The notes beneath the pieces were generated by a model that saw only the letters and a program-made list of their open reading frames with translations, did no database searches and was not told where the DNA came from. A stretch of 63,930 nt of DNA, filler included, from Sandaracinaceae bacterium (GTDB lineage: Bacteria; Myxococcota_A; Polyangia; Polyangiales; JADJQN01), in the NCBI GenBank assembly GCA_947483975.1. It is 4 parts of 4 records of this genome, joined end to end, with 100 filler letters (N's around TTAATTAATTAA, not from the genome) between each part and the next. Parts side by side here need not be neighbours in the genome. Positions count along the whole stretch, not along the records: positions 1 to 16,416 come from CANKOL010000080.1; positions 16,517 to 32,930 come from CANKOL010000081.1; 2 more parts are not named here. The stretch is one strand, 5' to 3'. A program made the position numbers and the translations under genes. Positions 9,874 to 17,519 of the stretch are shown piece by piece (positions within the stretch are counted from its first letter, which is position 1; the number at the start of each line of letters is the position of its first letter).

Positions 9874-11814
9874 TCAGCCGTCGTCCTCGGCGAGGACGAC
9901 GACGCGATCGCCGGGCGCTGGCATGAACGGGGTCTGACGGTCGACCGGGTTGAGGAGCAGGCCGAAGCGGCGCGCCGGGTCGTCGACGTAGCGCTGCACG
10001 CCCATGAGCACCTCGCCGCGCGCCTTGGCCGCGAGGATGAGGTACTCGACCGTCGCGGGCTGACCCGCCGGCACGTAGACCTCGAGCGGCTTGAGGTAGA
10101 TCTCGCTGCCATCGGACTGGAAGAGGTCCTCGAGCACGGCGCGCACGCGCGGCTCGTAGGTGATCTGCGCCAGCACCATGGACACCATCTCGTTGCTGAT
10201 GACGATGTCGTTGATCTCGGTGGTCGCCGCGAGCTCGCGGTTCTTCGGATCGAGGATCTCGGAGCAGACCTCCTGCCGCGGCACGCCGTGTCGGCGACGC
10301 GCATCGCGGAGCAGGAGCAGCGCGATGATCGCGCGCGTATCGGCGTCCTCGGCGCTGTTCGAGTCGATCGAGTCGCCGAGCACCATCACGGTCGGGTACT
10401 TCTGCGGCTGGAGCTCCTCCATCAGCGCGCGGCTCGTGAACGCACCGACGACGTGCTGCAGCGAGACGTTCTTGAGCGGGCCGATGCTCTCGCGGAGGCG
10501 CGTCTCGCGCTCCTCTTGGCTCAGCGAGTTGACGAGCGTGAGGCTGGAGCCTTCGCCGACGTAGTTGTCGTACTCCTGCACGATCGGGAAGAGCTTCTCG
10601 TTCCAGCCGAGGATCAGCATGTGCTCGACTGGCTTGCGCGGCGCGGCCTCGAGGCGCGGCATGTCGGCGAAGCGCAGCGCCCCGCCGTACGGAGCGACCT
10701 GAATGTTCGCGTCCTCGGCGAGGATGAGCAGCTCGTCGTCGGCCTGCAGAACGTAGTCGGCGGCCGGGTTGAGCTGATGCGAGGAGCCGTCCGCCTTGGA
10801 GGTGCCGACGAGCAGCCCGTTCGGGAAGTCGAGCAGCACGTCGGCGAAGGCCTTGCCGACGACGTGCGGCACGCGCTTGTAGTGCAGCTCGTTGCCCTCG
10901 AAGCGGAGGAGCTCGTCGTAGACGAAGGAGAGGCCGCCGATGCGCGAGGTCTGCAGGATGATCTTCGAGATCATCTCGTTGGTCTTCACGACCTGCGCGC
11001 GCCCGTTCGACGCGATGACGGCGATCTCCTGGTTCTCGGCGACCATCACCTCGGCGGTCACGCGGGGTAGCTGCGTGCGACCGCGCGCCTCGGGGTGATT
11101 GTAGAGCGCGAGGAGCGTCTTGATGATCCGCCCGTCGGCGCGGTTCGGCTCCTCGACGTCCTTCTCGTCGATCAGCACGACGACCGCTCGCGCATGGGCG
11201 AAGGACACGCGCGCGAGGTCGTTCAGCGACACGCTGCTGCCGGAGCGCACGACGAGCTTGACCCGGTCTTGGTGGACGACCTTGTCGCGGAGGTCGGCCT
11301 CCATGTCGAGCTTCTCGCGCTCGGCGAGCACGACGCAGACGATCTTCTGCGTGGCGTAGGCCTCGGAGATCTGGTCGATCACCGAGTAGATCTTCTCGGA
11401 CCAGCCGAGGATGAGGAAGTGCCCCTCCTCCATCACCGGCGCGCCGCCGCGCTTGATGGTCTCGAGTCGCTCCTGGAAATTTCCCGCGAGCGACGAGATG
11501 AGCAGGCCGGCGACGATGACGCCGAGGATCGTGGCGGCAGTCGACACGAGGCGATTCACGTTGCCGGTGTCGCCGCCCATCGAGCCGGCGTCGATCAGGC
11601 GCGTGAAGTACCACCATGCCTTGTCGATGAGGTTGCCGTCGGCGATGCCGAGGCTCGGCATCACGGAGGACGTCACGGCGGAAATTGTCGTGAAGAAGAT
11701 CACGAGGATGCAGGTGAGCCCGAATAGGAACCCGAGCTGTTTACCCGCGCCTCCGCCGAGAAACTCATCCGCGCGGTACCGAAGCTTCGCTTTCCATCCA
11801 CGTTCGACAGCCAT
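9874..11814 (-). CDS. CASTOR/POLLUX/DMI1-like ion channel (2 TM + pore + tandem RCK domains)
   Basis: LRYRADEFL N-terminus, TM, pore-like FTRLIDAGSMGGD, TM, VMEEGHFLILGW, GLSFVYDELLRFEGNELHY, second ILGWN, DTRAIIALLLLR, EDLFQSDGSEIYLKP. Confidence 0.85.
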   Translation of the reverse strand: MAVERGWKAKLRYRADEFLGGGAGKQLGFLFGLTCILVIFFTTISAVTSSVMPSLGIADGNLIDKAWWYFTRLIDAGSMGGDTGNVNRLVSTAATILGVIVAGLLISSLAGNFQERLETIKRGGAPVMEEGHFLILGWSEKIYSVIDQISEAYATQKIVCVVLAEREKLDMEADLRDKVVHQDRVKLVVRSGSSVSLNDLARVSFAHARAVVVLIDEKDVEEPNRADGRIIKTLLALYNHPEARGRTQLPRVTAEVMVAENQEIAVIASNGRAQVVKTNEMISKIILQTSRIGGLSFVYDELLRFEGNELHYKRVPHVVGKAFADVLLDFPNGLLVGTSKADGSSHQLNPAADYVLQADDELLILAEDANIQVAPYGGALRFADMPRLEAAPRKPVEHMLILGWNEKLFPIVQEYDNYVGEGSSLTLVNSLSQEERETRLRESIGPLKNVSLQHVVGAFTSRALMEELQPQKYPTVMVLGDSIDSNSAEDADTRAIIALLLLRDARRRHGVPRQEVCSEILDPKNRELAATTEINDIVISNEMVSMVLAQITYEPRVRAVLEDLFQSDGSEIYLKPLEVYVPAGQPATVEYLILAAKARGEVLMGVQRYVDDPARRFGLLLNPVDRQTPFMPAPGDRVVVLAEDDG

Positions 11815-11899
11815 GCGCGCTCCGTAGCACGAGCCGCTTTTTTGCGTCTATGCCTCGAGCCGTTCGATGATCCGCAGCGAGGCAGACCAGGAGATGAAT

Positions 11900-14146
11900 A
11901 TGCGCGCTCGAAATGGTCTCTTGGTGCTCGGCGTCGTGCTCGGCTTCTCAGTCGGAGCGCAGGCGCAGAGCCCAGAGAGAATTGCGGTCGGGGTCGCGCT
12001 CGAAGCCGGGGACGGGCGAGCGGAGCTCATCGTTCGTGGGGACTTCGAGGAACCTTCCTACGCGGTGAGGGCACGCGATGGCGGCCTGACCGTCGTGCTC
12101 GAGGTAGCAGGAGCGACGCTGCCTGACGGCGCCGTCGCGACGGGCTCGAGCCCGCTCGTGTCGCGGACGACCGCGAGCACGACCGCGCAGGGCGTGCGGG
12201 TGGAGGTCGCGCTCGCGCGGCCCGCTGCCTATCGCGCGCACGCGGAGCGGGGACGTATCGTCCTCCGCTTCGAGCCGCTCGACGAGGGGGCGACGCCCTC
12301 CGTGAGCGAGCCCGTCGCCGCGCCGACCGCGGTGGCGCCCGTCGGGCCCCCCACGGTGCGCGACGTGTCGATCGAGCGACGCGACGGGCGTGAGCGCCTG
12401 ATCATCCAGCTCGACCAAGCGGCGCAGTTCCGCATCGTGCCGGCGGCGGTCGGCACGCTGCGCCTCGAGCTGACCGGGGCGAGGCTCTCCGACGGCGCAC
12501 CGCGGCAGGTGAGCGGTGACGCGACGAGCGCCCTCCGTGGCGTTCGCATCGCGCGCCTCGGGGACCGCGTGATCGTCGACGCCGAGCAAGGCGAGGGCGC
12601 CACGGCGACCGCGATTCGCGAAGGAAATCGCATCGTCTGGCTCTTCGCCGCTGGCCCGCAGGTGCGCGGTCGGACGGCGTCGCGCACGGTCGCGCGAGAG
12701 CACACCGGCGCCGTCGCGGGTGTCGACGACGACACGACCCTGACGAGCGCAGGCGAGGGCGCGTCGGAGGGCGACACGAGCGAGGTCGCCGGCTTCCTCA
12801 GCGACGTCGCGCTGCAGGTCCGCGACGTGCGCGGCGGGCAGCGATATTCGGGGCGTCGCATCGACCTCGACTTCAAGGATGCCGACATCCACAACATCCT
12901 GCGCCTGCTCGCAGAGGTCGGCGGCGTGAACATCGTCACGAGCGACGACGTCACGGGCACCGTCACCATCCGCATGCGGAACGTGCCCTGGGATCAGGCG
13001 CTCGACGTGATCTTGCAGGCGAAGGGGCTCGGCATGGTCCGCCGCGGGAACCTGATCCGCGTCGCCCTGCTGGTCACCCTCGAGAAGGAGCGGGAGCTCG
13101 CGCTCGCGCGCCGCAAGCAGAACGTCGACCTCGCGCCGCTCGAGACGCGCATCGTCCCCGTGAGCTACGCGGCGGCCACCGACCTCATGCCGCGGGCGCG
13201 TGAGCTCGGGTCCTCGCGCGGCACGGTCTCGGTCGACGAGCGCACGAACGTGCTCATCGTCCGCGACATCGTCGAGAACCTCGACGACATCGAGGAGCTC
13301 GTGCGCACGCTCGACACGCAGACTCCGCAGGTGCTGGTCGAGGCGCGCATCGTCGAGGCGACGAGCCAGTACGTGCGCGACGTCGGCATCCAGTGGGGCG
13401 GCGACGTCACGGCGGGCACCGCGACGGGCAACCCCACGGGGCTGCTCTTCCCGTCCAACATCGGCATGACGGGCGGCGCCTACGACGGCTCGACCCGGAC
13501 CGAGGGCCTCACGCCGTTCACGACCGCGGTGACGCCGTCGAACTTCGCGGTGAACCTGCCCGCGACCGTCGGCGCCGGCGCCGGTGGCGCGCTCGGCCTC
13601 ACGCTCGGCTCCATCGGCGGCAACGTCAACCTCAGCGTGCGCCTCTCGGCCGCCGAGGCGAACGGCAACCTCCGCATCGTCTCGAGCCCGCGCATCCTGA
13701 CGCTCGACAACCACGAAGCGCACATCGCGCAGGGCACCTTGATCCCGTACTCCCAGGTGAGCGCGCAGGGCGTCCAGACGGCCTTCCAAGAGGCGAAGCT
13801 CGAGCTGCGCGTGCGGCCCCATGTGACGAGCGATGGCTCGGTCTCGATGCACGTGAAGATCACGCGCGACGAGCCCGACTTCACCCGCAGCTCGACGCGC
13901 GGCGACCCGACCATCCTCAAGCGCGAGGCGGAGACCGACCTCCTCATCGAGGACGGTCACACGGCGGTCATCGGCGGCATCTACACGCGCTCTGCGGGTC
14001 GCAACCGTGACCAGATCCCGTTCTTCGGCGACATCCCGATCCTCGGCGTGCTCTTCCAGCGTCGGCGCGTCCGCGACGACCGCAGCGAGCTGCTGATCTT
14101 CCTGACCCCGCGCATCGTGAACCGCGCCGAGGCGAGCGTTCGATAG
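11900..14146 (+). CDS. pilQ: Type IV pilus secretin PilQ
   Basis: AGGAG RBS before ATG 11900; signal peptide, two AMIN-like regions, YSGRRIDLDFKDADIHNILR, VPWDQALD, QVLVEARIVEA, ELLIFLTPRIV. Confidence 0.95.
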   Translation: MRARNGLLVLGVVLGFSVGAQAQSPERIAVGVALEAGDGRAELIVRGDFEEPSYAVRARDGGLTVVLEVAGATLPDGAVATGSSPLVSRTTASTTAQGVRVEVALARPAAYRAHAERGRIVLRFEPLDEGATPSVSEPVAAPTAVAPVGPPTVRDVSIERRDGRERLIIQLDQAAQFRIVPAAVGTLRLELTGARLSDGAPRQVSGDATSALRGVRIARLGDRVIVDAEQGEGATATAIREGNRIVWLFAAGPQVRGRTASRTVAREHTGAVAGVDDDTTLTSAGEGASEGDTSEVAGFLSDVALQVRDVRGGQRYSGRRIDLDFKDADIHNILRLLAEVGGVNIVTSDDVTGTVTIRMRNVPWDQALDVILQAKGLGMVRRGNLIRVALLVTLEKERELALARRKQNVDLAPLETRIVPVSYAAATDLMPRARELGSSRGTVSVDERTNVLIVRDIVENLDDIEELVRTLDTQTPQVLVEARIVEATSQYVRDVGIQWGGDVTAGTATGNPTGLLFPSNIGMTGGAYDGSTRTEGLTPFTTAVTPSNFAVNLPATVGAGAGGALGLTLGSIGGNVNLSVRLSAAEANGNLRIVSSPRILTLDNHEAHIAQGTLIPYSQVSAQGVQTAFQEAKLELRVRPHVTSDGSVSMHVKITRDEPDFTRSSTRGDPTILKREAETDLLIEDGHTAVIGGIYTRSAGRNRDQIPFFGDIPILGVLFQRRRVRDDRSELLIFLTPRIVNRAEASVR

Positions 14147-14167
14147 CGCCTCCGCCCGCCCATCGCA

Positions 14168-14192
14168 GCGAGCGCCCGAGTGGGCGCCTCGC
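14168..14192 (+). terminator. Hairpin downstream of pilQ
   Basis: GCGAGCGCCC-GAGT-GGGCGCCTCGC, 10-bp stem with one bulge; no U-tract. Confidence 0.35.
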
Positions 14193-14314
14193 GCGACCCT
14201 CACCCCCATCTCGTATCCCGAAGTGCCCGCTGACCGAGCCCGCAATCCCGTAACTTGGAACGCAGCGCTCAGGCGGGTAACCTGTTCGATGTAAAGTCTG
14301 TCTGGAGGAGCCGC

Positions 14315-14965
14315 ATGCGTCCCCTGCTCATCGCCGTTCTCGCCGTCGCTACCGTGTGCTCCGCTTGCGTGGACGACAATCCGGGCCTCGTGGTCGCCGG
14401 CAACGTCAGGCCCGACTCCGCGTGCCTGTTCGCGGCCACGGGCGGAGCGCTCGTCGCCTACGGCATCTACGACGTCGCGCTCGTGCACCCGTACTTCGCG
14501 GCGCCGCTGTTCCGCTCCGGGCTCGTGTCCCGGTCGGCGACGGAAGGTCCGCCGCGCGCGGAGCCGAACGACATCCTGATCGAGGGCGCGGTCGTCGAGC
14601 TCACGGCCGTCGACGGCAGCGCGCTCGGCGTCGCGTCCTACTCGGTGGCGATGACGGCCTTCGTCCCCACGGCGGTCGACGGAGAGCCGGGCAAGGCGAG
14701 CGGCCTGGTCGAGGCGATCCCGGCGTCCGTCGGCGCGGAGCTCGCCGCGCTGACCGCGGGCGCGCCTACCACGATCGTCGCGCACATGACGTTCTTCGGT
14801 CACACGACGGGCGGGACCGCGATCGACTCGAACCCGTGGTCGTGGACGCTCCAGGTCTGCACGGGCTGCCTCCAGGCGCCCTGCGAGACGCTCCTCGTCA
14901 ACCAGTGCTTCGCCGGCCAGGACGGCTACCAGTACCAGTCGGCTAGCTGCCCCCCGCCCGTCTGA
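14315..14965 (+). CDS. Cys-containing lipoprotein downstream of pilQ
   Basis: GGAGGAG RBS; lipobox CSAC; C-terminal VCTGCL...C...CFAGQD. Confidence 0.75.
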   Translation: MRPLLIAVLAVATVCSACVDDNPGLVVAGNVRPDSACLFAATGGALVAYGIYDVALVHPYFAAPLFRSGLVSRSATEGPPRAEPNDILIEGAVVELTAVDGSALGVASYSVAMTAFVPTAVDGEPGKASGLVEAIPASVGAELAALTAGAPTTIVAHMTFFGHTTGGTAIDSNPWSWTLQVCTGCLQAPCETLLVNQCFAGQDGYQYQSASCPPPV

Positions 14966-14998
14966 GCGAGTCGGCGGCGTCGACGCGCGCCGCGCGGC

Positions 14999-16416
14999 TC
15001 AGGCCGCGGCGCGCGCGACCGCTACGAGGAAGGCGTCGGAGAGGGCGAAGCGCAGCATCGCGGCGAGGGCAGGAGACCTGCGCACCGCCGAGACGAAGCC
15101 GCCCTCGGTGGAGACGTCGAACGCCGCGAGCTCGTCGTCGTCGGCGCGGAGCGCGTCGATGGACGCGCGCACATCGCCCGCGACGAGCAGCCCGGCGCAC
15201 GCTGCGGTGGCCTGGGCGCCGTGGAACGCGGCCTCGTAGGTGAGCGGCGAAGGCAGCGCGAGCAGCTCGTCGCGCACGGCCCGCTGCTGGGCCCCGGGCA
15301 TCGTCCGCCAGAGCTCGGCGGCGAACGCCGCTGCGTCGCGCGAGACCTTGCCAGCGCCGTCGGCTGGGCCGAACGCGGCGACCGTCGCCTCGACGACGGT
15401 GCGCGCCTCGGGCGCGGCGAGCCCGCCCACGAGGACGTTGTCCGGACGCGCGAGCTCGAGCGCGCGCGCGAGCCGGAAGCGCAGCTCGTGGTCTTGGCCC
15501 TCGAAGCTCGGTCCCGCGATGATCGCGGGCGGCGAGGTGGTCGCGACGATGAGCTCGCCGCCTCCCCATTGCCGCACATAGAGCGGGGTCCCGGTCGCGT
15601 CGAGGATGCGCGTCGCGGTGGCGTACGCGCGCCCGATCGGGGACTGCGTGCGGGTGGAGATTCGGTCGGTGCCGAGCGTGCGATAGGCCTGCAGCGAGCG
15701 GCGAAAGAGCAGCTGCGCGCCGTTCTCCCACACGCGGCGGAGCACGCCGCGGAGCGCGGCATACGCCGGGTCCTGGCGCGCGCTCGTCAGGAGCTCGGAC
15801 TCGATGGCCCCCTCGAGCGCCAGCGGCGTCGGGGCCGGGATCGAGCGGTCGAAGAGCGACAGGATCGAGCTCGCGACGCGGGCCTCTGCGCGCGCCCCGC
15901 GACTGAGCGCGACCGTGCGCAGCGTGCGCAGCGCGCCGGTGCGTGATGGGTCCTGGCGCAGCAGCGTGCGGAGCAGATGCGCCGCCTCGTGCGCCCGAGC
16001 GGGGTCCTGCGCGAGCAGCGCCGCGAGCGCTTCGGCGCCGTCGAGGTCGCCCGCACCGAGGACGCGCTCCACCGCCGCGGCGGCGGAGAACTGCGTGGGC
16101 CCCGTCAGCGTGTCGTGCGGGGAGTCTGCGGCGGCCTCGGAGGCCGCGTCGCCGTCGGCCTCTGGAGCCTCTTCGACCCGCATCGGTGCGGCTTCGATAG
16201 GCTCCGGAGCTTGCTCGACGGGCGCTTGCGGGGCTTCGGGGAGCTCTGGAGCTTGCTCGACGGGCGCTTGCGGGGCTTCGGGGAGCTCTGGAGCTTGCTC
16301 TGGGGCGTCGGCGAGGGCTTCGGGGAGCTCTGGAGCTTGCTCGACGGGCGCTTGCGGGGCTTCGGGGAGCTCTGGAGCTTGCTCGACGGGCGCTTGCGGG
16401 GCTTCGGGGAGCTCCA
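14999..16416 (-). CDS. C-terminal part of a large myxobacterial TPR-type protein with degenerate M48-like tail, 5'-partial
   Basis: Frame stays open to the contig end; LRFRLARALEL, AGLLVAGD and LRFALSDAF resemble the recalled C-terminus of giant myxobacterial TPR proteins. Confidence 0.6.
16204..16415 (-). repeat. Coding 42-bp tandem repeat (APELPEAPQAPVEQ, ~5 units) at contig end
   Basis: Unit ggagcttgctcgacgggcgcttgcggggcttcggggagctct repeated, one variant unit; probably caused the assembly break. Confidence 0.9.
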
Positions 16417-16516
16417 NNNNNNNNNNNNNNNNNNNNNNNNNNNNNNNNNNNNNNNNNNNNTTAATTAATTAANNNNNNNNNNNNNNNNNNNNNNNNNNNN
16501 NNNNNNNNNNNNNNNN
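16417..16516. other. Artificial contig linker
   Basis: N44-TTAATTAATTAA-N44; stop codons in all six frames. Confidence 0.98.
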
Positions 16517-16668
16517 CCGACGCCCGCGCCGCGGTCGCAGGCGCGCTGACGGGCCCGCTCGCGCCGCGCGTCAGCGACGTCGGCGCGATGCAGACCCCGG
16601 GCCTCGGCGGGCCCGCGGACGGCGTCGACCCCTTCGCGCCGTTTCTACGCTACCTGGCGCTCGACTGA
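16517..16668 (+). CDS. C-terminal fragment, possibly acyl-CoA reductase (LuxC-like)
   Basis: ...PRVSDVGAMQTPGLGGPADG...* resembles the R...G.MQ.P.....DG end of LuxC-like reductases; only ~49 codons visible. Confidence 0.35.
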
Positions 16669-16685
16669 GCGCGCAGCGCGCGAGC

Positions 16686-17423
16686 TCAGACGCCGATGAA
16701 GAGGCGGTGCCCGAAGTTGCGCTCGAGGCTGCCGGCGAAGATCTTCGACGCCGCGCTCTCGATGTCGTACTCGACGCGCTTGAACTCGAATTCACGCTTC
16801 TCGGTATCGAAGATCGTGAAGCTCGCGCGGTTGTCGTAGTCGCGCGGCTGACCGACCGAGCCGACGCTGACGACGTACTTCCAGCCCTTGCGCAGCGTGA
16901 AGCGGCGCGCGGGGAGCTCCTCGACCTCGCCCGGACGCAGCGCGAACACCTTGCAGAGGTGCGAGTGCCCGATCAGCGTCAGGTCGCCGAGCTCGTCCCA
17001 GATCCCGAGACACTCACGCGCCTGCTCCGGCGCGAAGATGTACTCGAACTCCTCGAGGCGCACGGGCGAGCCATGGCAGAGGTGCAGGCCGACGTTGTTC
17101 AGCTCGTGCTTGTACGGGAGCGTCTTCAGCCAGGCGAGATTCTCGGCCGTGAGCAGGCGCGCGTGCGTGTCGAGCGCGTGGCGCGCGGCCTCGTAGTAGT
17201 ACGAATAATCCATGCGGCCCGCGACGGCGGCGTCGTGGTTGCCGAGGATCGTGACCTTCGCCACCTTGCGCACGATGTCCGCGCACTCGTTGGGGCTGGC
17301 GCCATAGCCGACCACATCGCCGAGACAGTAGTACTCGTCGATGTTCTCGTGGCGGAAGGCTTCCATCACTGCGCTGAGCGCTTCGATGTTCGCGTGAACG
17401 TCGCTGAAGATGCCGAGGCGCAT
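16686..17423 (-). CDS. Metallophosphoesterase family protein
   Basis: SDVHAN, LGDVVGYG, GNHD, CHGSP, GHSH, GSVGQPRD. Confidence 0.92.
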   Translation of the reverse strand: MRLGIFSDVHANIEALSAVMEAFRHENIDEYYCLGDVVGYGASPNECADIVRKVAKVTILGNHDAAVAGRMDYSYYYEAARHALDTHARLLTAENLAWLKTLPYKHELNNVGLHLCHGSPVRLEEFEYIFAPEQARECLGIWDELGDLTLIGHSHLCKVFALRPGEVEELPARRFTLRKGWKYVVSVGSVGQPRDYDNRASFTIFDTEKREFEFKRVEYDIESAASKIFAGSLERNFGHRLFIGV

Positions 17424-17519
17424 GGAGTGGGATTGGTTGTATAGGGCGGCTGCCGCTGGAAGTAAATGGGCTCGTCACCTGGAGCGGGCGGTTCCCGCTC
17501 CCGGCGTGGGGTACGACGC

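Noticed and set aside
11948..14803. 951-aa minus-strand ORF
   Set aside because: Antisense shadow of pilQ and the next gene; stop scarcity is expected at this GC content.
16204..16415. 42-bp repeats as CRISPR or mobile-element end
   Set aside because: In-frame Pro/Glu linker repeat without spacers.
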